The notes under the pieces were generated by a model. That model was not told the DNA's origin. It worked only from the letters and a program-made list of their open reading frames with translations, and did not search any database. A DNA stretch of 40,040 nucleotides, taken from assembly GCA_022801735.1 (NCBI GenBank), contig JAAWSW010000003.1:1-40040 (forward strand), read 5' to 3'. The DNA is from Bacilli bacterium. GTDB lineage: Bacteria > Bacillota_I > Bacilli_A > RF39 > UBA660. This document shows, one piece after another, positions 18,241 through 28,780 of the stretch (its first letter is position 1; the number at the start of each line of letters is the position of its first letter). Both the position numbers and the translations under genes were made by a program.

Positions 18241-18251
18241 GAAACTGTTTT
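18221..18251. terminator. Bidirectional terminator-like perfect inverted repeat spanning both convergent stop codons
   Basis: AAAACAGTTTCTTAG-A-CTAAGAAACTGTTTT. Confidence 0.7.
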
Positions 18252-18725
18252 TAAAATGCCTAATAACTTATCAATTGTTTTTTCTATAACTTCTAACTTA
18301 TTATCTTCTCTATTTTCTCTAGTAACAAATATATCTAAATCATAATATCTTTCACTAGTGCTTTCATAAATACTAACAAAAACCTCGTTGTCACTGCCCT
18401 CTTCATTATTTGAATCTGCCTTTTTTAACTTACCTGTTATCCCAATTCCATAATTACTATTAGTAAAATCACTAATATTTCTTGCCATCTCATGTGCAGT
18501 TTCTATACTATAAACACTATACACATCAATAATATCTTTAGATACACCCATTTTAACTTTAAATTCATTACAATAAGTAACCGCACTAAATTTAAATACC
18601 TCACTAGAACCAGAAACATTTGTAATTTTATCCGCAAGACCACCACCAGTACAAGATTCCATTGTACTAATAGTTTCTTTTTTTTCAGTTAAAATTTTAA
18701 CAATTTCCTTTAACTCCTTTTCCAT
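18237..18725 (-). CDS. CinA C-terminal domain protein / NMN deamidase (PncC-like)
   Basis: STMESCTGG, NVSGSSEVF, VTY.NE.K, GIGITG. Confidence 0.88.
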   Translation of the reverse strand: MEKELKEIVKILTEKKETISTMESCTGGGLADKITNVSGSSEVFKFSAVTYCNEFKVKMGVSKDIIDVYSVYSIETAHEMARNISDFTNSNYGIGITGKLKKADSNNEEGSDNEVFVSIYESTSERYYDLDIFVTRENREDNKLEVIEKTIDKLLGILKTVS

Positions 18726-19458
18726 TTTTATTCCTCCTTTTTACTTTTACAACGATAGACTTATGGTCACTAATAGAAACTTTTACAACATCCCTTTTTA
18801 ATACTTCCCAGTTATTAGAAATAAATACATGATCAATCGGATTTTTAAGTCCCCTGCATGTCGCAATATCATTATCAACTCTATTAATACCTAACTTTTC
18901 TAAAGCCTCAATAAAATTTCTAAAATTCTTATTCTTAACAGTCATATTAAAATCACCAGTTAAAATAACATCAAAACCACCACTAATAAAATCACTAATT
19001 AATTCATAAATACATTGCAGTTGATTTTTCTTAACCTTAGGATTAACATTATCCAAATGCGTATTTAAAAAGACAAGATTATCAAATTCTAAAATAGTCA
19101 CAATACGTGGAAATGAACTTCCAAGCCAAGGCATTTTTCTCACTAATACTCTACTAGAAGGTTGTAACCTAGTTACAATAGAATTAGTTTCATTAGTCAA
19201 ACTCACAGGATAAATATGTCCCATGGATCCAAATCTACCAGTGCCATAAACCTCATAACCATAATCAAATAATACACTCCTGCATAATTTCAAATTTCTA
19301 GATACCGTCTCTTGTGTCCCCAAAATATCAATATCATTTTCCATAATAAACTTAATAAAAGAATAACAATCTGTTTTATCTTTCAAAGTTTGATAAAGAT
19401 GATATTTATTCTGCCAATTAAATGTTGCAATAACTAATTCATCTTTCATTTTCATCAC
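18697..19458 (-). CDS. Endonuclease/exonuclease/phosphatase family protein
   Basis: ATFN, DILGTQE, NTHLD, ILTGDFN, IDHVF, SDH. Confidence 0.92.
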   Translation of the reverse strand: MMKMKDELVIATFNWQNKYHLYQTLKDKTDCYSFIKFIMENDIDILGTQETVSRNLKLCRSVLFDYGYEVYGTGRFGSMGHIYPVSLTNETNSIVTRLQPSSRVLVRKMPWLGSSFPRIVTILEFDNLVFLNTHLDNVNPKVKKNQLQCIYELISDFISGGFDVILTGDFNMTVKNKNFRNFIEALEKLGINRVDNDIATCRGLKNPIDHVFISNNWEVLKRDVVKVSISDHKSIVVKVKRRNKNGKGVKGNC

Positions 19459-19485
19459 CTACTTTTAGTATACTAAAAAAAGAAG

Positions 19486-20382
19486 TTAATGAAAATACTT
19501 TAAATAACTTTCAAATCCTTCTTCTTCCATTTTCTCCTTAGGAATAAAACGTAAAGCAGCACTATTAATGCAATAACGTTTACCCCCAAACTCTTTAGGA
19601 CCATCATTAAATACATGACCTAAATGATTCTTACTATTTTTAGAAAGGACCTCAGTTCTAATCATAAAATGACTTAAATCCTTTCGTTTTTCCAGTAAAT
19701 TTTCATCTAATGGTTTACTAAAAGTCGGCCACCCACATAAAGATTGAAATTTATCTTTAGACAAAAATAAAGGTTCATTAGTATCTATATCTACATAAAT
19801 ACCATCTTTAAAATTATTATAATACTTATTTTTAAAAGCAGGCTCAGTACCCTTCTTCTTTGTCACGTAAAAAGACATATCCTTATTAACAACTTCTCTA
19901 AACTTATAACTTGGAATATGACAATAACTAAATGGATACTTTTCCAAAAACTTTTGATGATACTTCTCTGCCCTAGTAAAATTTTTAAGTTCACTAACCT
20001 CAATTACAACTTGCTCTTTATATCTTTTTTGTAATCTTTCTAAAGAATTAACAATAACTTCTACATCTTTTTTATCTGTATAATATATTCCTGTCCTATA
20101 TTGAACCCCAGTATCATTTCCCTGTCTATTAACACTCGTTGGATCAATAATATCATAGTAATACTCAAGTAACCTATCCAATTTAATAACATCCGAATTA
20201 TAAATAATATGAACTACTTCAGCATGTCCACTACAATTACAAACAGTTTTATAGGTAACCTTTTTGCCCCTTCCGTTAGCATAGCCTACTTCAGTACCAA
20301 TAATTCCATCAACTAAATCAAAGTATTTTTGAACGCCCCAAAAGCATCCACCCGCTAAATATATATCTTTCATAGGCATCAC
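19486..20382 (-). CDS. msrAB: Bifunctional peptide-methionine sulfoxide reductase MsrA/MsrB
   Basis: AGGCFWG, QGND.G.QYRTGIY, AE.YHQ (MsrA); GTEPAF, GWPTF, HLGHVF.DGP, RYCINS (MsrB). Confidence 0.96.
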   Translation of the reverse strand: MMPMKDIYLAGGCFWGVQKYFDLVDGIIGTEVGYANGRGKKVTYKTVCNCSGHAEVVHIIYNSDVIKLDRLLEYYYDIIDPTSVNRQGNDTGVQYRTGIYYTDKKDVEVIVNSLERLQKRYKEQVVIEVSELKNFTRAEKYHQKFLEKYPFSYCHIPSYKFREVVNKDMSFYVTKKKGTEPAFKNKYYNNFKDGIYVDIDTNEPLFLSKDKFQSLCGWPTFSKPLDENLLEKRKDLSHFMIRTEVLSKNSKNHLGHVFNDGPKEFGGKRYCINSAALRFIPKEKMEEEGFESYLKYFH

Positions 20383-20494
20383 CCCTTTTTATTATGAGAA
20401 AAACAGTAAATAGTATTACAAATTATCGCCATCTATATTACCACTATCAAAACAAAAGGTCAATGCACCAAAAAGAAAAAAGACAAATTTGTCT

Positions 20495-22795
20495 TTATTC
20501 TGTTCTAAGCGACTCCACTGGATCTTTTTTAGAAGCAATATTAGCAGGTATTGCTCCACCAATTACAGTAAGTGTCATACTAATAATTATTAATACTAAT
20601 GAATGCCATATATTAAGTTTAGCCACATTAGGAAGTTCAGTCAAACTTTCAATAATAGTATTAACAGGTATTGTTAAAAGATAAGCAATTAAAACACCAA
20701 GTAAACCTGAAAAAATCCCAATAATTAACGTTTCTGCATTAAATACCCTTTTAATATCTTTTCTGCGAGCCCCAAGTGCCCTTAAAATACCTATTTCCTT
20801 AGTACGCTCAAGTACTGAAATATAAGTAATAATACCAATCATTATCGAAGAAACTATCAACGAAATAGAAGAAAATGCCACAAGAACAATCGTAATAGCA
20901 TCCATAATACTACCAGTAAGAGAAGAAACCATCTCAGCCATATCTGTATATTGAACTGTATCCTCTTCATTTTTATTTTCATTATAAACATCCAAATAAT
21001 CAGTTATATAATCCTTAGTATCAAAATCTTTTGGATAAATATAAATAATTATAGGTAAAGTATCCGCCCCCAAATAACCCATGATAGTATCCTTAGTATT
21101 CATGTTTTCATTTGTAAATTTTTGATGAGTCAAAATATTATAATCCACCTTGTCCTGTGCTTTTACTATTTCTGAATCCTTATTATTATCAATAACATAA
21201 TCTACTAAGGCATTAGTATAAGCAAGCCCACTACTATTCGTAACAACTTCCTTACCCTCTTTACCACGAATAATTGCTTCAACTTTAACGCTCATACTAT
21301 CTTTATCATTATATAATTTTTTATAATCTTGATTTGGTATAAAACTATCGCCATATTTTAAATAATAATTATCATTTAAAATAACTTTAATTTCCTTTCC
21401 CATAATATCATCAAAACTAATTTCATCTTTAGAATCAAAACCTAATTGTTTTAAAACAGAAGAGGAAATTTGATTACGACTATTTACCTGCAATATTAAC
21501 CCTGGCTTATCATTATCCAAAGTACCAGCCAAAACATCATAATTTTTCTCAATAACACCATCATTATCATTTGGATTAATAGGAAGTAAAGACCATAGTT
21601 GCATACCAGTACTATCTTCACCAGAAGTATTCACAAGTTCATACTTATCATTAACCATCGTAATAGATGTTCCTTTTTGATATGAATAACCAGAAATTTT
21701 AGACTTATCCATTTTTTCAAGATAATCAATATAATCTTTAGTTATCTTATTATTATGAAGCATAGCCTCCATCATATCATCTTGAACATAAACAGTTTTT
21801 TTAGATGGATATTTTTTAAGAGAATTATCACCAGCCATTTTATTCATCATCTCTTCATCCATCTTCATGGATTGTGTTGAAATTATAATCGGTGATTGCG
21901 CTAAAGAATTTTGTTCAAATTCATCAATCTTAATATTAAAACCATTAGACAATGATAAAATCAAAGCAATACCAATAATACCAATACTTGAAGCAAAAGC
22001 CGTTAAAGCCGTTCTTCCCTTTTTTGTTTTAATATTATTAAATGATAATCTTAAAGCAGTAAGAAAACTCATAGAAGTTTTTTTAATAGAAAAACCCTTT
22101 TCCTCCTTATCGCTTTTATTTATTGGATTAGAATCACTTATAACCTCTCCATCTTTCATATAAGCAATACGAGTTGCATATTCATTAGCAAGTTCTGGAT
22201 TATGAGTTACCATTATTACTAATTTTTCCTTAGCAATTTCCTTAATCAAATTCATAATCTGCTTACTAGTTTTAGAATCCAAAGCCCCTGTTGGTTCATC
22301 TGCTAATATAATATCAGGGTCATTTGCTAAAGCACGAGCAATTGCCACTCTTTGCATCTGCCCGCCAGAAAGTTGATTTGGTTTCTTATGACTATGTTCC
22401 GAAAGCCCCACTCTTTTAAGTAACTCTAGAGCCTTCTTTCTTCTGTTTTTAGTAGAATCACCACTTAAAGTTAAACCCATTTCAACATTTTCCAAAACTG
22501 AAATATGAGGAATTAAATTATAATTTTGAAAAATAAATCCAACCGAATTATTTCTATAAGCATCCCATTCACTCATTTTAAAACGTTTAGTAGATTTACC
22601 GTTAATAATTAAATCACCATTATCATAATTATCAAGACCACCAATTATATTAAGTAAAGTTGTCTTTCCACTACCACTAGGTCCTAAAATAGCCACAAAT
22701 TCATTTTCACGAAATTCTAAATCAATTCCTTTTAAAGCGTGTTGTGTAAAAGACCCTGTCTTATAACTCTTTTTAATTTTATTTAATTTAAGCAT
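20495..22795 (-). CDS. Fused ABC ATP-binding/FtsX permease (MacB-like)
   Basis: [22 protein letters not shown], and C-terminal [18 protein letters not shown]. Terminator-like palindrome at 20476-20496. Confidence 0.93.
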   Translation of the reverse strand: MLKLNKIKKSYKTGSFTQHALKGIDLEFRENEFVAILGPSGSGKTTLLNIIGGLDNYDNGDLIINGKSTKRFKMSEWDAYRNNSVGFIFQNYNLIPHISVLENVEMGLTLSGDSTKNRRKKALELLKRVGLSEHSHKKPNQLSGGQMQRVAIARALANDPDIILADEPTGALDSKTSKQIMNLIKEIAKEKLVIMVTHNPELANEYATRIAYMKDGEVISDSNPINKSDKEEKGFSIKKTSMSFLTALRLSFNNIKTKKGRTALTAFASSIGIIGIALILSLSNGFNIKIDEFEQNSLAQSPIIISTQSMKMDEEMMNKMAGDNSLKKYPSKKTVYVQDDMMEAMLHNNKITKDYIDYLEKMDKSKISGYSYQKGTSITMVNDKYELVNTSGEDSTGMQLWSLLPINPNDNDGVIEKNYDVLAGTLDNDKPGLILQVNSRNQISSSVLKQLGFDSKDEISFDDIMGKEIKVILNDNYYLKYGDSFIPNQDYKKLYNDKDSMSVKVEAIIRGKEGKEVVTNSSGLAYTNALVDYVIDNNKDSEIVKAQDKVDYNILTHQKFTNENMNTKDTIMGYLGADTLPIIIYIYPKDFDTKDYITDYLDVYNENKNEEDTVQYTDMAEMVSSLTGSIMDAITIVLVAFSSISLIVSSIMIGIITYISVLERTKEIGILRALGARRKDIKRVFNAETLIIGIFSGLLGVLIAYLLTIPVNTIIESLTELPNVAKLNIWHSLVLIIISMTLTVIGGAIPANIASKKDPVESLRTE

Positions 22796-22843
22796 ATTAT
22801 CACCTCATTTTTATTATACTAAAATAAAAGCAAAAAAGAATCA

Positions 22844-24193
22844 TTAAGCAGCCATGCTATATGATTCTCTAACTGTTTTCTTAGGTATTTCTTGTAAATT
22901 AGTTTGAACTAAAGAACTAGAAACTCTTATCATATCATTATCACTACTTGGATTCATATATAATATATCATCACTCGGTGTAATTAAATCTATTTGTTTT
23001 GGTGTTACACATTTAATAACAGGATATCTCTCTTCACCCTTTGGTAAAACACTTCTAATATTTTCAGCAGTCTCAAAATCCATACACAAAATAGGATAAT
23101 AACTTCCATCTGCTAAAACATCACAAATCTTAAATGCTGATTCTACAGTCGTACTAACAACTTCTGGTTTATCTAAATGTTCATTAATATAATCATTATT
23201 AATTTCATATATAACTAATTTAGAAACACCACAATCATTAAGTAGTCTAAGCATACGTGTTGCTTCTTTAACTGCCTGTTCATCATTAACTGCCTTACCA
23301 CTTATAAATGATCCAATAGATACACTAGGAACATTTACTTTAAGCATATCAATATTATCTCTATAAGTTCCATCATTTTTAACACTGCTGCAAGTAGCAA
23401 CAACTAATGATTGCTCACGATATTTCTCGCAATCACTCCTGTCAAGTAACATATTCATCGGAATTTTTTGAATTTCCAATTGTTTACCTATGTTAATAGG
23501 TTTTTCTTGAGTTTCTTTTTGACGCTTATTAGCCATAGTCATTCTTACTGTATTTACGCGACGTTCATCATGTGACATTTCAACCTTTTTAGGTCTAATT
23601 ACAGTTGGTGTCTTTGGTTCCACAGCACCACCTGACATTAAACTACTTTGATTAACAACTGGCGCTACAGGAACTGATACAGTATTTATATTAGTTTTAA
23701 TACTAGATGCAACTTTATCAGGATTATCTATAGTTATGTGTGAAAGTTTTACAGAAATTGGATTATTTCTTTTTTTATTAACTTTCAATGTATTATATAA
23801 ATTTATAATTTTTTCTAAAGATCTAGCATAATTAACAGTCATATGATCGTCAGGAATTTTTACAGTTTCATCCCCAACTCTAACCTCATTTTGATTAACT
23901 TCTTCTATATGACCCTCTTTTTTTCCAATTCTATAAATAGAATTTACTTTCATCTGTAAAGCATATAAACACACTTCAAAAACATTTATCCATGCTTGTT
24001 GCCATTCAGTCATATTTTCCTTTGAAGGAATTACAACCTTTTTTTCTCCAACATCTGTTTTAATATAAACATCTCTATTTTTATAGCGAATAAAATCATT
24101 ATTAGGATCATTTAAGCGTTCACTAACAAAACGACTAATTTGTTCAAATTCAAAACTTACGCTTTTAGATGTATTATAATTTTGTTCTTCCAT
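22844..24193 (-). CDS. Hypothetical protein; C-terminal half resembles a degenerate GH25 barrel
   Basis: Long ORF, start ATG 24193 behind GGTGA. D..Y.DN...IGSF...A.N.EQA.KEA...L.....LVIYEI follows the GH25 pattern. Confidence 0.55.
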   Translation of the reverse strand: MEEQNYNTSKSVSFEFEQISRFVSERLNDPNNDFIRYKNRDVYIKTDVGEKKVVIPSKENMTEWQQAWINVFEVCLYALQMKVNSIYRIGKKEGHIEEVNQNEVRVGDETVKIPDDHMTVNYARSLEKIINLYNTLKVNKKRNNPISVKLSHITIDNPDKVASSIKTNINTVSVPVAPVVNQSSLMSGGAVEPKTPTVIRPKKVEMSHDERRVNTVRMTMANKRQKETQEKPINIGKQLEIQKIPMNMLLDRSDCEKYREQSLVVATCSSVKNDGTYRDNIDMLKVNVPSVSIGSFISGKAVNDEQAVKEATRMLRLLNDCGVSKLVIYEINNDYINEHLDKPEVVSTTVESAFKICDVLADGSYYPILCMDFETAENIRSVLPKGEERYPVIKCVTPKQIDLITPSDDILYMNPSSDNDMIRVSSSLVQTNLQEIPKKTVRESYSMAA

Positions 24194-24286
24194 GATTATC
24201 ACCCACACAATTATGTTTCTAATCTAATTATACATTGATTTGACACTTAAATCAATAAGTGTAAACAAAAAAGACTAAAATTTAGT

Positions 24287-25177
24287 CTATTTTTTATCTT
24301 CTTTGAACATTTCTTTTAAAGTAGTACCTAATGTTGCCAAATTCTGTAAATCAGACGGAACTATAATCTTAGTTGAATTTCCGTTAGCAACTTTTTCTAA
24401 AGCCTCAAAACTTTTTAAAGTAAGTACACTTTGATCAGCATTAGCCTCTTTAATCATTTTAATACTATCAGCCTCTGCTTTTTTAATTTTCAAAATTGCT
24501 TCCGCCTCACCTTCAGCAATTCTAATTTGTGATTCTTTATCTGCTTCTGCTCTTAAAATTGCACTTTGTTTATCACCTTCGGCAATTAAAATACTAGATT
24601 TTTTCTCACCCTCAGCACGTAATATAGCCTCACGACGTTCACGTTCAGCACGCATTTGTTTTTCCATTGCTTCTTGAATATCACGTGGAGGTAAAATATT
24701 CTTAACCTCAACACGATTAATTTTAATTCCCCAAGGATCAGTTGCCTCATCCAAAATAGATCTCATCTTAGTATTAATAACATCTCTTGATGTTAAAGTC
24801 TGATCTAATTCTAACTCACCAATAATATTACGTAAAGTAGTAGCAGTCAAATTTTCAATCGCACTTATAGGATTTTCTACCCCATACGTATATAATTTTG
24901 GATCAGTAATTTGAAAATAAACAACTGTATCAATTTGCATTGTAACATTATCCTTAGTAATAACAGGTTGCGGATCAAAATCCTTAACTTTTTCTTTTAA
25001 ACTAACCCTACAAGAAATTCTATCTATAAATGGAATTTTAAAATGTAATCCATTAGTCCATGTAGCAAAATAAGAACCAAGCCTTTCGATTATATAACAT
25101 TCAGATTGTGGAACTATTTTAACATTTGGAATTACAATTATAATAACTAAAATTAAAATAACTAAAAACACGCTCAT
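24287..25177 (-). CDS. SPFH/Band 7 (stomatin-like) protein
   Basis: IERLG, GLHFKIPFID, VITKDNV, TTLRNIIG.LELD, WGIKINRVEVK, AMEKQMRAERERR. Confidence 0.95.
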   Translation of the reverse strand: MSVFLVILILVIIIVIPNVKIVPQSECYIIERLGSYFATWTNGLHFKIPFIDRISCRVSLKEKVKDFDPQPVITKDNVTMQIDTVVYFQITDPKLYTYGVENPISAIENLTATTLRNIIGELELDQTLTSRDVINTKMRSILDEATDPWGIKINRVEVKNILPPRDIQEAMEKQMRAERERREAILRAEGEKKSSILIAEGDKQSAILRAEADKESQIRIAEGEAEAILKIKKAEADSIKMIKEANADQSVLTLKSFEALEKVANGNSTKIIVPSDLQNLATLGTTLKEMFKEDKK

Positions 25178-25180
25178 ATA

Positions 25181-25609
25181 CTATTCTCCCTCTACTTTCT
25201 CAACTTTTAATTTTACCCCGTTAATCTCCAGTACCTCAACTACCGAATTTTCTTTTATTACTTTATCTGCTACTGCAGTCCATCTCTTACCATCAACTTT
25301 AACCTCACCAGGTGTATTTTTTGTTATCTTTTCAGTTACAATACCTTCCATACCAATAATCCTATCAGCATTCGTTGCCTCATTTTTATGTTTAAGTAAC
25401 TTCTGAAGTAAAGGTCTTGTCGTAACTAATAATATTACCCCTAAAATAACAAAAACACCAAACTGAATCAAATAATTATCCGTAAAGAATGAAATAACTA
25501 ATGCGACAATCCCACTAAATACAAACCATATAGTAGTAAGTCCTACAGTAATCATCTCAAGAAACGTCAAAATAACAATAATTATAAGCCATACTATCCA
25601 CTGTTCCAT
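25181..25609 (-). CDS. NfeD family membrane protein
   Basis: Three TMs plus OB-fold G.VKVDG..W.A; adjacent to the SPFH gene. Confidence 0.92.
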   Translation of the reverse strand: MEQWIVWLIIIVILTFLEMITVGLTTIWFVFSGIVALVISFFTDNYLIQFGVFVILGVILLVTTRPLLQKLLKHKNEATNADRIIGMEGIVTEKITKNTPGEVKVDGKRWTAVADKVIKENSVVEVLEINGVKLKVEKVEGE

Positions 25610-25660
25610 AACATACCTCCTATAATAATTATACTATAATGATATAGAAAAAACAAGGAA

Positions 25661-27226
25661 TTATTCCTTGTTTAAAGCGTTCTTTTCACCTTTAACTTCT
25701 TTAACAATACCAAGTACTGTATTCAATTTTTCTTCAAAAACTTTTATTTTGTCAGATTGTTCACTTACTGTTTTTTCTAAATCTGCTATAGTATTATCTC
25801 TATTTTCAATAGTTTCTTTTAAACCAGCATTTTCATTTAATAAGTCCTCAATATGTGCTGCTTGTTCCTTAATATTTTCAGTTAAAGAATCATTTAATTT
25901 TTGAGTTTGAACTTTTTCAACTCTATCAATTTCAATTTGTTCTTTAGCCTTATTAACTTGAGCAGTTAAATCATCAGTAGTTTTAACATAGTCTTTTGAC
26001 AATTTATCAGAAGTTTTAGTAAATTCTTTACTTAATGAAACAATCTTCTTATTAAGACGTTTATTTTCATTAGTAATTTTCTTATATTGACTAGTTCTCT
26101 TAGTTTCAAATTCTTTCTCAGTTAAATAACTCTTAATTGTACCTAAAGCATTAATTTCATCCTGTTTTAACGCTTGTTTATCATAATGTTGTTCTGCAAA
26201 TGCAAATGTATAATCATTATAATCAACAAATAAAGTTAAATCTTTCAAATCTCTAATTTCTGTTTCAACAGGTAATTGTGGTTCAACATCTAATTCTTTA
26301 TAAATATCTTCTAATTTCTTTTCAGAATCCATAGGTGTTGGAACTTCAATTTCTGGAAATTCATTAGATACTTGCTCATGAATTTCGTTTTCAACTTTAG
26401 ATTTAATTTCTTCTTCTTTTACCTCTTCTACAGGTACCACTACAGGCTCTTCAGAAATAACAGCAGGTTCAATTATGCTATCTGATTCATTTGAAACCAT
26501 AGGTTCTGATGCACTAGTATGCATAGGTTCTATTATCATTGGTTCCTCCATTTTTTCTTCTTTTATTTCATTATTTTCTTCATATATTGGTTCAACTTGA
26601 GATTCATCTTCATAGATTGGCTTAACAACATCCTCTGAAATAGGTTCAGGTGTAACTGTCTCTTCTTTCTCATCAAATTTATGTAAATTAGCCCAAATCG
26701 CTTCAAGATCTTCTTGAGTCGGTTTTAATTCATGATCAATTTCTTCAACTGAAGGAAAATCGACAGGCACAAAAGACGCCTCTTCTTTATATTCACCAAT
26801 TGCTTCATTATTCACTGGCATAGAATTTTCAAGTGCAACCGAAACATTTTCATTTTCTTTTACTTCTTCTACTTTTTCAGGGAAAGTTTTTAATTGTACA
26901 CCACTCATATTAGCACTATTTTGTCTTCTTAATAAAATATCTCTCTTATTTTCAAAAGAAGCATTTGCCGAAATAAGTTTGTCAATTTCTTTTTGCAAAA
27001 TTTTTATTCTTTTATTAGCATCTTTAGATTCTCTTTTATCTTCACTATTAGACACAGATTCTAAAGATTTTACCTCATTTGTTTTTTCTTCTATTAATCT
27101 TTTATTATCTTTTTCTAAAACAGTATAGTTATTAATTTCATTTTTTCTTTGGTTATAAGCATCTAAATCGTTACGCATATCAGCAGTGATTTTTACTGCT
27201 TTACTACTAGCATATGATATTTTCAT
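25661..27226 (-). CDS. Hypothetical coiled-coil protein with an acidic Pro-rich central region
   Basis: 521-aa ORF with coiled coils at both ends and an E/P-rich middle; overlaps the upstream stop by 1 nt. Confidence 0.75.
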   Translation of the reverse strand: MKISYASSKAVKITADMRNDLDAYNQRKNEINNYTVLEKDNKRLIEEKTNEVKSLESVSNSEDKRESKDANKRIKILQKEIDKLISANASFENKRDILLRRQNSANMSGVQLKTFPEKVEEVKENENVSVALENSMPVNNEAIGEYKEEASFVPVDFPSVEEIDHELKPTQEDLEAIWANLHKFDEKEETVTPEPISEDVVKPIYEDESQVEPIYEENNEIKEEKMEEPMIIEPMHTSASEPMVSNESDSIIEPAVISEEPVVVPVEEVKEEEIKSKVENEIHEQVSNEFPEIEVPTPMDSEKKLEDIYKELDVEPQLPVETEIRDLKDLTLFVDYNDYTFAFAEQHYDKQALKQDEINALGTIKSYLTEKEFETKRTSQYKKITNENKRLNKKIVSLSKEFTKTSDKLSKDYVKTTDDLTAQVNKAKEQIEIDRVEKVQTQKLNDSLTENIKEQAAHIEDLLNENAGLKETIENRDNTIADLEKTVSEQSDKIKVFEEKLNTVLGIVKEVKGEKNALNKE

Positions 27227-27486
27227 TATTCTTGCTCATTCCTTATAATTTCACGCATAACTTCTTTAACTGCTTCCCAATCATCATCAGGCATCATATC
27301 TAATTTATAACCATCTTCTGTTTTAATAAGTTCTGAGGCATGAATAGTTTCCATCCTATTATCATCCACCTCACCAAAAGTATATAAAATATAATTCTTA
27401 TCTGTTTTATCTAAACTAAAATATAATAATACTTCTGCTTCTATTTCTTCCCCATTTTCATTAAGTACATTAATCCTATTACTCAT
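27226..27486 (-). CDS. DUF1292 domain protein
   Basis: I.VLNENGEEIEAEVL..F....K.YILY...DDDWEAVKEV. Start at ATG 27486; promoter TTGTCA-17-TATAAT at 27513-27541. Confidence 0.75.
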   Translation of the reverse strand: MSNRINVLNENGEEIEAEVLLYFSLDKTDKNYILYTFGEVDDNRMETIHASELIKTEDGYKLDMMPDDDWEAVKEVMREIIRNEQE

Positions 27487-27630
27487 TTTCAGCCCTCCTA
27501 TTCTAAAAGACATTATAACACATTTGTAAAGTTGTGACAACAAAAATCATCTTTTTTTCAATTTTTTTTATTCTAATACAAAATCACTTACCCACATTCA
27601 AAAATAAAGTCTAATAAAGCCTATATAAAA

Positions 27631-28137
27631 TTAAAATAAATTTTCAATATTTACTCCTTCTAATTCTAAAAGTTTCTCTTTTTTATCAATGCCACCAGCA
27701 TATCCAGTTAAACTCCCATTACTACCTACTACCCTATGACATGGAATAATAATAGAAATTGGATTATGTCCTACTGCTCCACCAACTGCTTGTGCAGACA
27801 CTTTCCTACCATATTTATTCTGTAATTTTTTTGCAATATCACCATAAGTTGTAACCATTCCATAAGGAATTTGAAGCAATATATTCCATACATCTTTCCT
27901 AAAATCACTACCTATAGGTTTTAAAGACAATTTAAAATTAGGTTCCTCTCCCTTAAAATAAATATCAAGCCACTTTTTAGTTTCCTTAAAAATAGGTAAA
28001 TCTTTGTTAATAAAATCGCCTTTAATATTACCTAAATAATATTTTTGTTTATCAAACCACAAACCAATTAAACTCTCGCCATCACTAGCCAGAGTTATAT
28101 TTCCCATTATTGTTTTAAACTTACAAATATACATCAT
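27631..28137 (-). CDS. ogt: Methylated-DNA--protein-cysteine methyltransferase
   Basis: IPYG...TYGDIA, AQAVGGAVGHNPISIIIPCHRVVG, LTGYAGG. Start near 28137 is inferred. Confidence 0.95.
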   Translation of the reverse strand: MMYICKFKTIMGNITLASDGESLIGLWFDKQKYYLGNIKGDFINKDLPIFKETKKWLDIYFKGEEPNFKLSLKPIGSDFRKDVWNILLQIPYGMVTTYGDIAKKLQNKYGRKVSAQAVGGAVGHNPISIIIPCHRVVGSNGSLTGYAGGIDKKEKLLELEGVNIENLF

Positions 28138-28150
28138 ATCACCACAAGTA

Positions 28151-28714
28151 TTATACACCATAATTATAATAATTTAATGATTCTAGGACATTAATTTCAT
28201 ATTCCGCCATTCGCTCCATATTAACAACTAAATGTCTCAGTCTAGGATCAATATCATATTTAAGTACATTTTCACAAAGTCTAACCATACCATTATTAAG
28301 TGCTAAAACTTCACTCACAAAATTCATATTTATATCAATACTCCTAAGACTATTAGTCATTTCATAAATCGTTTGGCGAGTTATATTCAAATAATCACTA
28401 ACATACATGTTATTATCATAAGATAAATTATTAAATCCTTTAACCGATTTTAAAATTCCCTTCATTTGCTTAATATTATCTTTACATTCATTAATCATAT
28501 TATAAGCCATTTGACCCAAAGGATAATTATCAGTATATTTAAGCAAATTTTCACATATATAAATAGACGCCTTCTGTAATGGAAGTACACATCTAATAAA
28601 ATCTACTGTAATATTATTAGACACCTTTCTTGAAAACATCTTATTACTCATTTCCCATAAAATTTGATCATATTCATACAAATAATTTTCAGCGCTCTTT
28701 ATTTCCGATTTCAT
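28151..28714 (-). CDS. DUF305-like (ferritin-like) protein, degenerate
   Basis: Two internal repeats (DFI..VLP....IYICENLLKY; NFVSEVL....VRLCENVLKY..DPRL) match the DUF305 layout. Confidence 0.55.
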   Translation of the reverse strand: MKSEIKSAENYLYEYDQILWEMSNKMFSRKVSNNITVDFIRCVLPLQKASIYICENLLKYTDNYPLGQMAYNMINECKDNIKQMKGILKSVKGFNNLSYDNNMYVSDYLNITRQTIYEMTNSLRSIDINMNFVSEVLALNNGMVRLCENVLKYDIDPRLRHLVVNMERMAEYEINVLESLNYYNYGV

Positions 28715-28780
28715 AATATCCCCCTTTTCTATATTATAGGCAAAAGGTAGTAAAAAAGTTCAAAAAAGATTAGAATTAAT

